Shown here one piece after another: positions 37,901 to 50,096 of a DNA stretch of 64,000 bases. The stretch's first letter is position 1. Every line of letters starts with the position of its first letter. The notes beneath the pieces are model-generated. The model saw only the letters and a list, made by a program, of their open reading frames with translations. It searched no databases and was not told the origin of the DNA. The DNA is taken from NCBI GenBank assembly GCA_030141605.1, contig JAQGDQ010001001.1, positions 7,212 through 71,211 on the forward strand. Direction: 5' to 3'. A program made the translations under genes and the position numbers. This stretch comes from Tubiluchus corallicola (Eukaryota > Animalia > Priapulida).

Positions 37901-40900
37901 GAACAGCTATTTCACATGCTAATTGTTGCTAGATATAATTATGGTTTACAATCGTTCTAGGATTTGTGGATGTAACAGGTCTAGAAAATCTACCAAAGTT
38001 ATGCACATTTATTGGAATTTTGTGCATTGTCGTCTGTAATGCTTCTCTTTTTACATTGATGGTTGTTAGTGTAAGCCGAATGACAGCAATATGCTATAAC
38101 AATGTCTACAAAAAGGTACTGTATAATGTAAATCCTATTTACACTTAATGATGCAAATTTAAAAACTTGATAACAATATTTTGTTCCTTGTTATAGCATC
38201 AAATTTATGTATCACAATTAAAAATACATACTACGCAGTGAGCCATCTTCACCCATTTTAAACAGTGATCATACATCCAGGCTCTCCAGCAAAAATGCTC
38301 CTCTCCAAGCTGTGATCGATGTGACATTATTTAGACCTACAGTCCCCAGTGCCTTACTAAGCAATCGTAGCCAAATCATAATGATCATTCATTCAACTTG
38401 ATAAAATGCAAATAAAAATAAAAAATAAAAAACCCCGGTTTGTTTACACGTCCGAGATAGGAGTCAAAGTGTGAAAGTTACGGCCACATATCCTAACATT
38501 AACTCCAAAAATGTACTAGGCTTAATCAGATTCAAAATGATCAGGAGCGTCGTGCATAGTGGTCAGTTACGCTTGAATTATTATTAAGCGTAATCATCTA
38601 TAAGTACTGACATGAATCGACCAGGTATAGTCAGATGAAAAAACGGTTACGACACTACGCCCGAATTTGGATCTGAATTCATTCAATCTGGTTGCAAGTA
38701 AACGTTTGGCGTTCGAATGACTGTAACAGCAGCTTCATCAAGCTTTCAAAGAACCTATACAAATTACGCCTTAACTAAACATAGCAGGTGCAAAAGGAGA
38801 TCATAAGAAGTCAATATCTGCATGGTGTCAGTTAAAACATTGAGCGTAAACCAGTATGTACATAATATATGTATCAGAGATGCAGACAGCTTTGCTTCAT
38901 TTCGATGCACAATAACAAAATAGTGATAAACTCATTTTTTAATTTATAAAATTAATACAAAACAAGAGTTTTTTTAAACTTCACTGCTTGCAGCCATCAA
39001 GTCACTAAGAATGCATGAATACTTTTACCATATGCACGCATCTCCAGAACAGACTCCTCCGCAATAGTTAACTAATAGTAGGTTTGTACCATCATTTATA
39101 ATAATTTTAACACCAACATTATAATAATTTGTACCATCATGGTCAGGAAGCGCTGTAGAACTATAGAAAGAAGGTCAAAAAATATATAGGGTTCAAGATT
39201 TCATATCATATCATGAAACAGAGAAACGTAGAAATAGACTATAGAGATCAACGGATGCACTATAAATCACTGTCAATTTTCTCAATATACATGAAAATTA
39301 GATTGATATATTTAGTAAATTATTTTATAGTTACTATTACCCGGCAAAATGATTACAATACAGGCTAAATACTACAATCTTTTACAATTATACGTATACT
39401 GGCCTTAAATTATACTAGAACAGATTGCAATAATGAAAGTTTTGCTATATAGCCTGGCATAGTTAAATGCGCTGTAATACAATTTAACAAACGTTTACAG
39501 ATTTTTACGAGAAAGGGCACAACACTGTTGATTGCTATCATGTGGCTAACCGACGCTGGCATCAATTTTCCAGCTTTATCAAGAAAAGTTTACCCGAAAG
39601 GCAACGGATACTGGCTAGAATCAAGGTGAACTTTTTGCTATTTGCACGTATATCGTTTTCGGTATTTCGCACAAAACAAAACACCAAATACAATGACGTT
39701 AGTCAAATCAGGTCATAGATGGGACATGGGTCCACGAGAAATATCTTGAGTAATGCAGTAGCATCACATACTATTGGGTTAAGTAATATTAGTGTTCAGA
39801 TGTTTGGAGATGACGCGCGATTGCTATTGCTGTGAATCGAAAATGGACAATTTTGTGGTAAACGACAATAGAACGGATGGCGTTCAAAATCAAGGGTCCT
39901 TCAATTTAGTGATTAAGAATGGTCGAGTTCCAGTCTAGCATAGGGATTATGGTTTATGAATTACCCCCCCCCCTCCTGTAAGCTAGCTTCTATCTTTTTC
40001 CAAAAATCGAATCGCAACTCGTTGCACATCTTATTTAGAAACAGAAATATAGTTTTTAATCCACTCACATTGACTAGGACACCTAAGACAAATATACTGT
40101 AGTATTAATTTTGAACAATACACCAAGTTCGCCCGCTAATATTTGTTCATCATTTTTCCATTAACATGTGTACTATAATTATATTGACTAATTGTAGATG
40201 TTGTTGTACTATTCGAACTGACTACCTCCCGCCCAGAAAGCAAACATCTACACAGTTTATGTGTAGTATTTATATAGAAAAACTACTAGTTTATCAATAT
40301 TTGCCGGCTTTTCTATATTTACAGTTTTTCATACCTTTAATTCTTTTAAATGATAATCTGACTGTGATCATGATGATTATGATCTTTCCTAACAAGGCGA
40401 AGTAATGCTGATAAAGACATCTTTAATATAAAATAAGCATCACGAGGTGGAAATTTATTTTATGCAATTAGTGTAAGCACAATTAGAAGTGCTCTTCGGG
40501 AAAATGGAAGGTTCTTTTTCTAAATAGCAGTAAGGAAAATAGGTTGACATATTGGACCACCTTAATGCTTAAAGTATATAACAACAAAGATTAATTTTGT
40601 GCTGCTGCATCTACTATATGTAAAACGTCTACGTTAAACAATCGCGTCAAAAAGCCGCATAATGATAATAAACATAAAATTTTCGTTTACTTTGTTGTAA
40701 TACTTGTTTTGAAGAAATGACTGTAAATGTGATATTCAAAAGCTCTATCCTTCGGCAATAAAATCTAGATATTGCGCACCAACTAGAAACATTTATCACA
40801 GTCACTAACAAGTTATGTAAAAACTACTTTCGGTTGAATGTGAACATGGCCATTAGCAGTGTTGGACCAGGGGCATGAAAGTATAATGGGCCAACATATT

Positions 40901-43900
40901 ATTAAGGCTAATAGTGGTCCAACATACCTGGAGGTGGCCCAAGATACTTCAGCAAGAGCAATCCATTGTTCAGTACAACTACACTTATAGGACTACCGAT
41001 ATATGTTTGCTTATTTGTTTTTCCTGAGAAAAGCACAGCTTCTTAACTGAGCTAGGCCATAGATTAATTTAATAGTTTGAGGTAAGTTTTTGGAAAAGGA
41101 ATTTTTAGTGTCCGAAAAGCTGATAATTCAAATTTGGTGAGTTATGATAGTTAGCTGTCCAATATACCCTCTTTTATCAAATGGTAAACAGCTAGACGGA
41201 TAAACTTGGGTCAGAGGCACGCAAATATAGTTTTTTGAAAATACTAATGCAGAAGTCACTGACACGTGGTTTAAACACAATACTGATGTCGTTGAAATTT
41301 CGAGTTTGATCATATACGCTGCATACTTCTGAAACTGAATGCACGCAAGTATGACGTTTGCTCGACAGTCAATGGATAACAATCAGTTCTAGACCATTTT
41401 ACAACGCGAATAAGAAAACCTTTACAAAGAATCATACGCTACAAGGTACAAGCCACTAATCAGTGCTTAACATAAGGCCCTCCCATGCATTACAATAACC
41501 ATTTATGCCTGTATGTTGATAGGCAGTAGGCCTAATTACATTATGTTATTCACTGGAGAAACAGATGTTCCTTAATACCTGCCGTAGGTCACTAATGGAA
41601 ACGATAATTACTAGCTAGCTTCCTCGAGAAATGTTATTAGTTATCAGTGCATAGTGCATTCATAACAACACAACACTCATATAGGATATCTGAATAAAAA
41701 GTAACACTTGAGAGGTCCCCTTTAATGAATGTCGACATGACAGATTTGATATGAAAATATCACTGTTACGTTCAATTATCATTGTCACTGTATTTACTTT
41801 AGCTGAGCTCGTACTAATTATGGGGGTTCGGCATCGAGCTCATTGTGATCCCGACCCCCGAACCTCGCTGAATCCAGAACCCCGGTCCGGAGCACGTTCA
41901 CAACCTCTCGTCCTGTCCTGACCGCGAAGTTAAGTTTAAAAGTTTATAATAGGTGAAAAAACAACATTTACGTTAGGTTTTTGAGGTTTATCGAGAAAAT
42001 TGAGTCCCAAATTTTGTGATAATATATTTTTACTGTGATTTTATTAATTATCGCTGCCTCGCGTGAGAACCAAGGTGCTGTTATTTTTTAGAACGTCTTG
42101 CAAGTAGTTTAAAGCAAACAGAATTATCTTTTCACCGCACATACAGTGAAAGCGCATTCAATCATCTGTGAATGCGATTAATTTACTCCAGCAGGTCGCA
42201 GGGGGACTCACATCCATGGGTGTAATTTGTTAATAATGTTGAAACAATATAATAAAAAATATATAAAAAAATAGGCCATCCAAGGGAGATATAATATGTG
42301 ATTTTTGTCTCACTGCTACTTGTCTCCCACTGTCTTTCCGCTCAAGCGAATAATGCCTATTACTCAATCTGCCAATCCTTCTAACAATAAGTTAGAAACG
42401 CGCATAGTGAAGTAGAAGTGGCTTGCTTAGTCAAAACTATTTTGAAGTTACCGTTGATGGGTGAATCATGTCACAGTTATCGAAATATTAATAGGTTAGA
42501 GCAGAAATTCGCGCATTATTCTTGGTGTCCCTCATATAGCATGAACACTAATAATATTATTTATCCTCAAGAATCATGGTACACTGAAGTTTTTATGACG
42601 ACATATAATATAATTATTACAGTTGATTGGCAATTTATTAAGATATAAACTTTGGACTGTCATAGTCACTAGAGGACATGGTAGTCTGACAGTTATGATG
42701 TCCACCGGTAAAGCGTAGGGCCCTTGGTTCAAATCCAGGATGTGTTCCTGGCCGGCTAGAATTTTTGTACTTTGTTCCACAACGAACATACGTGCCGATG
42801 GCACAAATCCACAATTAATTGCATTTTGAAACCAAACTTGCAAAGTAGGAAATGAGAAAATGTTGGAACACTTTTCTCTCATCCATCATGATAGAAAAAC
42901 CGCAAAATGGTCTAGCACTAATACAATATAATTTGAAATATATTACTCCGTGCAGTTATTCTAATCAAGTTGCTAATCTCGTGCTTTGAAGGTACCATAC
43001 CCATTTATACTCTTATACTGTTCGCACTTATACCTTTTTGAAATATACTTAATTTGAGGCATTTACTTCACAAACTGTCTGAGCTAAAATATCTTCTAAT
43101 ATTCCTTTAACTTCCCGTCCTGTTAATAAGCAAGAACAACATTTTGGCAAATACCTCATAATAAGATGTCGTATCTGCAGATAAGAGAGTTACGTAAGCC
43201 GACAATATTATTAACAAGAAAAGCAAACGTGGAAGAGAGATTTTCCTTGTAGAAATCAGCCCTTACAAAGACTTATTTAATCAGAAGCTATTGGGTGTCT
43301 CAGCAGTCTTATTCATAGAATGGACACAAAACAAGCACTTTTTAAAATCCCATAGAGCTGCAGTTTATTCAATCCCATATTTATCCAATTAGTATAATTC
43401 CCCACACACAAGAAATTAGTTCGTGAAGCGGATTAAGATTACGGTTAGGGTTAGCGTTAGTGTTTAGGTTAGGATTTCAATTAGGCTAGAGTTAGGGTAT
43501 TTAAATTGTGTGGGGAATTGTAAACTCCTTCCACCTGTTAAATTTATAATTTAGCCTAACGGAAGGAGTAATAGGTAAACTACGGACAATTTAGTCCTTA
43601 CTCATTATTCATTTACTCATTTTATTGTATTTTTCAGATTTCGAAATTTAAAAAAATTATAGCAGTGACATCAATTTTCCTTGGCAATTTATTAATGCCT
43701 GATCTTGACCATTTCTTATTGGCAAACTCCCTCATCGGTCTTTTTGCACCATATCATTTATCAATCCTTTAAGTGCTTAATGATTCTAAGTGGCATAGGC
43801 CTTTAAATTTAGAAATCTGAAAAAATAAAATAAAATAAACGAGTAAATACATGAAATAAAATTAACGCGTCCATAAAGTCAATGCAATCATCCTAATATT

Positions 43901-46498
43901 ATCTAGTTTTTTTCATTTTTGCGAGCTTGGTGACAAAATCAAGCATGAAATATTTGATTTTGGAGTTTTTAGCAAAAATTATGTGGGTAAGTCCTAAGGT
44001 GCTTCTAGTTTACCTCGTTAACTTCTATACAAATTGGATTATGTTCATACCCCAATATATTGCTGTCTGTGTTTGTGTTCATTTTATCTTAAAACCTCGA
44101 AGCTAACGAACGAGTCTTTTTCCTTTACGCCTTTTTCTTTCATGTCATTTGTCTCATGTTTTTCTAATTTACGTGACACTGTTGTCACGTTTGTTTTTAA
44201 TGCCTATTTGTCTTAGACGGCTAGCTAATTCAACAAATTGTCTGATTTCTTTGTCGGCTATTGTGTCTTGCTACTCACCCGTTCGAAAGGTTTAACGTGT
44301 AATCACCTACAGTAATTTAACGTGTTTTGACAGCAGTTTCGCAGCATTTGAAATTTATTAGAGTGAAGATCAAATGAATATTCCGGTTGCTTAGCTCAAT
44401 TCAGATTTCTTACAACCGTTAGAGGTCGCGCTCGCCAATTTTTTTTACGCTGCAGTATTTTAATGAGGCTACATTAGGGAGCAACGGTTACATACTGCCT
44501 AAAAAACCTTTGTGAACTAGATTTGCAAATCTTGTGCAAACAATTGCAAAATTTAGATAATCCGGAAATGAAAGGTTGAGGTGATCTGAAGCCTGAAGGA
44601 GGTGCATTTCTAGAAGGTAGTTTTGACATTTTCTTTTGGTTTTATTAATAAAAGAACCCTGAAAAGTTTTACTTCATATGTATTTATTTTCAAATTTTTT
44701 GTGATGTTTGTTAAAAATAATAAAAATGAAAGTACAATGCCTTTTGAGACTTTAGGGATGTATAAGGAAAATGCGATATATTTACGCCTGCGTAGTATGT
44801 ATTCTTACTATCCTACATTTAGGATATTATACATATGCCTACAGCCCTAATATTATAGTAACCGCAACCATGTTCAGTCTATTACATTTCCATTGACATA
44901 TACTTCGTTTTACCAGCAATGCCTTTTCACAGCGAGCTGTCAGTTTCACATCCAGTGGCGGCTCGTGTATAGGTACTGTGGAACTGCAGCACCCCCTATT
45001 TTCACTCAAAATTATCGATAATATTCAATATAATAAGTCTTTTTTTCTTTAGTTCTTCTTTATACTTGCACGGAAGCAGAGCACGTGAGGGTAGCAATGT
45101 TTGCTTCACAGCCCGGCACCATGTACCCCAGCAACACGGTCATACGCATGTTTCTGAGATAACACGCTGTACGCTGCACTGCTAGCGTCTACTGCTAGGT
45201 AGAAAAAGTACTGTCGCTCGCACAGTTTGTTGTCAGTAGTGACTGTGAATGGATCAAGCTTGAACTGCGACATTAGTCTATTAGTAAACAAAAAATTTTT
45301 TTGTTTAGGATTTTATCAAGCTTATGTATAAACTTTCATGTTTATTTTTTCAAAATTAAAATTATACTTTTATTTCTGTGACTATATATAACTCTTATAA
45401 CTACAAAGTGAAGGCTGAAAATTTTCTGAAGCAATACCCCACTAATTTCAGCTACTAGACGCCACTGTTCACAACTTTTAGTTTAACAGCCTTCACTTTA
45501 TAGTTATATTATGTTGTCATTATTTTAAAAGGCAACTAAATAATGTTATTACTAATTTAAGGAAATACTACTCCAGTGATATTTAGGTAACAGAGGAATT
45601 GGGCAAATGTACGACGAAATGAGTCACACAGCATACGTTTTTTGTCTGTAGGTCGCACATGTGTTTGTGGAACTGGTATGAAATAGACGAGCATAGACAT
45701 CTATGGGCCATACTGTGTATGGTCATCCCTATCATCACCACATTCATCTGCTATTTGAAACTCTACATTCATGTCAGAAAAAGTCACGAGAAGGTAAAAA
45801 AAATAATAATAACAATCTACTAATGCATGTCGAAGCACAAGGTCTCAAGTTTATTTAATTGTGGTGTTACTTGGGTTATAAATAGCTACGTGTAATAGCG
45901 TAGTGTCATTCTGGTGCAGAGGGTTGAGAAACTAGTCTCTTACTTTGAGTTTCATAATACGTATCGCAAATAGTGTTTGCAGCACTGAAAAAAGTTCATT
46001 TTTGACTAAAAGTAGCCGCACTTTCATATAATTTTTTTTAAAAATCTATTTCGATTTTACTTAGATGTTTATATTTCAGTCTATTTTAAGGTTGTCAAGC
46101 ACAAGCCTTCAAAGAATATGAAAATGGACGTGCAACTCGCTCGGACACTCTTCATTATATTCGTCACTTTTGTCACAACATGGACGCCAATGGTCATCGA
46201 CTTTTACTTTGATGTAAATCGAGACTGGCCAGACGAGTTCATGTTGTTCGTTGTTTTCATGGCACATCTAAACTCTGCTCTAAATCCATTAATTTACGGG
46301 GTATCGAACCCCAATTTTCGTAAAAAATTTAGAATAATTTTGTGTAAATGTAAATGTACAGACGCCGACAGAATGGTTAAAACGGAGAAGTCACCATCAA
46401 ATTCCAGCAGCAGGTTGAATCAAATTCATGAAATGAAATCCTTGAATGTGTCAAAGTATTTTCAAGTCACACCTTCTTCTAGCTATTATTCTATATAA
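31993..46498 (+). CDS. Class A GPCR, invertebrate melatonin-receptor-like orphan, copy 1; 6 exons, about 359 aa
   Basis: Exons 31993-32098, 37317-37460, 37961-38115, 39501-39625, 45652-45793, 46091-46498, in frame and GT-AG. TM1 GICGN, TM2 NLAITD, TM3 C..SVSRMTAIC, TM4 MW, ECL2 Cys, TM5 IP..ICY, TM6 FVTTWTP, TM7 AHLNSALNPLIYG; N-glycosylation sequons NIT and NVS. Confidence 0.9.
32345..33430. mobile_element. Long-TIR foldback element (same family as 56018-56928)
   Basis: Left arm (about 32345-32610, ending tattctaaggtagttggac) is inverted relative to the right arm (33228-33430, starting gtccaactaccctggaata); both arms align by eye to 56323-56490 and 56680-56915. Confidence 0.65.
34621..34829. 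mobile_element. About 210 bp MITE/foldback with about 58 bp arms
   Basis: ttcttaccgaaatttattagtttacctgattcaaaataaaccaaccactggatccggt versus reverse complement of the right arm ttcttaccgaaatgtataactttacctgattcaaaatgagccaaccagcggatccggt; AT-rich spacer. Confidence 0.75.
42670..42750 (+). mobile_element. tRNA-derived SINE head (degenerate)
   Basis: A-box-like tggtagtctgacagtt and B-box ggttcaaatcc at tRNA-like spacing; no complete cloverleaf. Confidence 0.35.
43396..43519. mobile_element. Mini inverted-repeat element containing degenerate TTAGGG repeats
   Basis: aattccccacaca ... tgtgtggggaatt flanking ggttagggttagcgttagtgtttaggttagg. Confidence 0.6.
44953..45467. mobile_element. hAT-family MITE (515 bp)
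   Basis: TIRs CAGTGGCG ... CGCCACTG with an 8-bp TSD ttcacatc / ttcacaac (7 of 8 match). Confidence 0.8.
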
Positions 46499-46789
46499 TG
46501 AATATTTCAGTTCCTTGTGAGAAAAATAACTTATAAAAGAAGGTGCATCATGTCACAGCAATGATTATATTATTAAACGTAATTGTTAAGGAACATGTAG
46601 TTTTATTATATTTCTATTGCTATGTTTAACTATAGTCGCGTCTGCGTGTCTGCCCGCGCAATAAAATCATACGGATAAAATTATAAAAACAAAACTTGAC
46701 GCAGAAATAGGTCTGGATAAAAAGTTAAAGGTCATGCACACTCAGAGTCAAAAAATGTCAATGCTAGAAAAAGGGCTTTCACTACAGAT

Positions 46790-47120
46790 GTAGCCGACCC
46801 ACGCATTGATTATGCATAAAAAATTATTCACCTTGTTACCTTGACCTTTAACTTTTAGAGCCCAAATGCAGTGGCTTCACAGGTCTTGGTCAGATTAATC
46901 CATTGCTAAGTTTGGTGACAATCTGTTTTGATTTTGACTTAATGTTTAACTTGTTAATTGTTACCTTGACTTTTGAGTGTTTGACTGGTCATTGGGTTTC
47001 CCATTTTTGCCCAGAGCTAGGCTGTGCCAGGTTTCGTGCATGCAGATTCATTCGTTTTGATTTTATTGTGTAGATGGATACAAATACACCGACGTGAGTA
47101 AATCGCCGTGGATAATAAAC
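46790..47120. mobile_element. Helentron-associated (HINE/DINE-like) repeat fragment
   Basis: Two ttgttaccttgac(c/t)tt units with aagtttggt..aatc motifs, typical of marine invertebrate Helentron derivatives (recalled). Confidence 0.35.
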
Positions 47121-47847
47121 TTTCTGCTCACAGAGATTGTACCTTATTCATTTCAAAAGGTTTTCAGAATAAACTTATTTACACTATATATTTACCCAAA
47201 GCAGTTTATGTATAGATTCTGTAAATTATTCGTATTTATTGTAAAGTATTTTGTATACCTTAAACTATATTTTGATAATGCTTATTTGTAAAAAAGCTAA
47301 GTACGAACTCTGCCTAATCAGTGCACGTTCAGCTAGTTCACATTTAGCAGATTTCAGGGAATTAGTTTCAGGAATGTTCGCAAAGCAAATGAGAAGGCTA
47401 AATGATTGCCACAAGCGCAACGGTGGGAGCTCTGTCAATACAAGCTTCATTTGCTTTAACAATTTGTGCCCTCATTGACCTAGATCTGACTTCGTTTGTA
47501 TAAAATGTCTCTTCACTCTCACAAGCACAACTGTTTTTGACCAAAACAGATGTTTCAATTTAATAAAAACATTAAAATATTAGTACGATACCAGTACAAA
47601 AAATTAACGTATATTGTAACAATTTAACAATAATTCAAGCGTTGAAAACCAATTCAGAGGAACAGGTAGCTGGCACAATGTCATAGAATCTCAAAGAATA
47701 TATTTCTCAGATTTCGTTTGTTGGGTCACGCATGGGTCGCTGGGCGCGTGTACCACGTCACCAACGCCTTTGTGCGTGTGGAGCCGTGCAAATGGAACAA
47801 CGCGTTGTTGGTCATTGCCCCAATAGGAGCTTTTTAAGGATATGTGA

Positions 47848-48740
47848 ATGTAGGTAAAAATGGGCCAGGTAAAAAGACATAAGAAAAAATAGCTCACCTA
47901 ATAAAATAGGTGTTTAGGGTAGGGTTACAGTGGCACAAATGGAAAAGTAGTTATTTTTACCTCTGCCAAGGAAGTTATGCTTCAATGCAGTTCGTTTGTT
48001 TCTTTATCTGGTTAAATTTATGTCTGTTACGGCAGTAAGCCTATTATGCTATTATTAAAAACTATCTAACAGATTTTCAAGAAACTCTGTGGAAAGGTGG
48101 GTATAACCATATAGGGTGCCAAAATGGGAATCTTTTCGCTGGTTCATTTTTCGCAAAACTTGACCGAACACCACATAGAAAAAACATTCGTCAAGGTCTC
48201 AGAGCGAGTACTTATTACTTCTTTTATGTTATATCCACTTGAGCAAACGACTACGATTAATTCGTGCTCCATTATGAGAAATTCTCGCTTGTAAAACTAT
48301 ACTTGTAAATATGTATATATATTTGTCGGCCTATTACCATCGCCAAAATTAATGGTTAGAAAGGTAGATAAATGCTAAGTGGAACATTCATGCATTTTTG
48401 ATTATAAATCTATTTGAGGAACAAATATCTTGTGAGTCTTTTGCTAGTCTATGTAATACTGATACAAGTACATTTTTGCATGTTTACTTGTTTATCTTTG
48501 CATTAAATATTTTTAATCAAAAGAATCAAACGAATAAGTTTATGATTGTTCGGCTTTGTCAGAGATTACTGCTTACTCAACGCATTCTAGTTATATTATA
48601 GAAATCAATTGCATCAAAATAAGATGTGCCATTTTTCCTACTTTTCCATTTGTGATATTTTTTCTGTGTCATTTTTACCTACTTCCACTTGCGCCATTTT
48701 TTTTCTGGGCCATTTTTCCTGTGCCACTTTTACCACGCAT
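47848..48740. mobile_element. Foldback element with subterminal repeats, carrying a HINE-like insert near 47950-48110
   Basis: Left ggtaaaaatgg(g/c)c(a)cagg units are inverted relative to right gtgccatttttcct units; the internal ttacctctgccaaggaagttatg...gtttgtt...gattttcaagaaact motif resembles Helentron-type ends. Confidence 0.5.
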
Positions 48741-50096
48741 TGGGATAGGTACATGAATACTGTTTTTTCCTATTTACGCTCTTTTTTTGCTAGTGAGAAG
48801 CCAAAAACTATTTGTGAAATTATAACGAATGTTTTGAAGGTTTATGATAACATACAACGTTTTATGCTTGTCATAGAGAGGCCTAGGGATTAACTAATGG
48901 TGTGTTGATAAATATGGACTTTTTCTTACTTAATGTATTTGTACTGTGTATAAGCAATTAAAATGTTATGAACATTATGGGAATATTAATATGTGGTAGC
49001 TTAGATAGAGTAGTATTGTTTTTGATTTGTTACAATAATACACCGACTTGCTAGTTTACTGACTGAAAATCCAGTATTGTTGATTTACTCTCTGGATAAT
49101 TGATTCTATGGACGTATACTTGATTTGTTGTGAATATGTAATTGTATACTGGTTGTGTTGTTTTTGAATAGATCAATAAACTTTAACTAACTAACTAGCA
49201 ACACTAAACCCTGTCAGCGATAGATGGCTGACTGCTAAGAAAACTGCAAACAGCTTTCAGATTATTTTACTTTAATGAGAGAGTATGACTGTGCATCTGA
49301 AAATGACTGAGGCACCATTGCCCGGTCAATGTCTCATCTTAGTAGAGCATGTCCTTGACAAATATCTAGTTTATAGCCCACCACAACTATCTAAATTAAG
49401 GTAGTGTATCACTCAATACTGTATCACAACTTGTAGAGTGCAGAACTACACAAAAAGATATGGATAACATATCCTACAATAAGGAATACAATACCATTAA
49501 CTTCAATGGATTCCTGGCTTATTAACAGACATAAATCCTTACCTAGGTTCTGGTGCTCATGATCAGGCACTTAAGTGCACAGCTATTTTATCTTCACTAC
49601 TACATATCAATAAATCTCCAATTTATGAACCTAACGATTAACTGGACAATATTTGGGAACCTTCCATGAAATTACTACTGACTTCAGATGCAGCCATTAT
49701 AACCAAGAACGTGGTATTTTACCAAGAAGTTATTATATCTACTTGGCTTGAACTGAATTACTAAAGTGTTATAAAATCAATGTGTTGAAATTAAGGCAAA
49801 CAATGATTTGCAAGATAAAAACCACATATCTTTCAAGTGCCTAAAACTTTTCAACTTTGTGTATGAAAGATTTGAATGTTGTTTAAATGTAAAATGCAAA
49901 ATACAAAAAGAAGCTGCTTGCTTTCTAAAATCTTATCAGCACCAATTTTCGAGTATTTCAGCTTTTTCAGAGTATATGTCTTGAACTTGTTTTAATAACT
50001 GTTAAACAAAAATAAAATTCACCACACTACTTAAAATAAATAAATAAACATTTACATTATTTTACAACATAATATGAACAATGCCACAGGATAATG

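Noticed and set aside
46118-46498. GPCRs as opsins or true MTNR1 orthologues
   Set aside because: The TM7 retinal-binding Lys position holds His, and NRY and NAxxY are absent, so no gene symbol was assigned.
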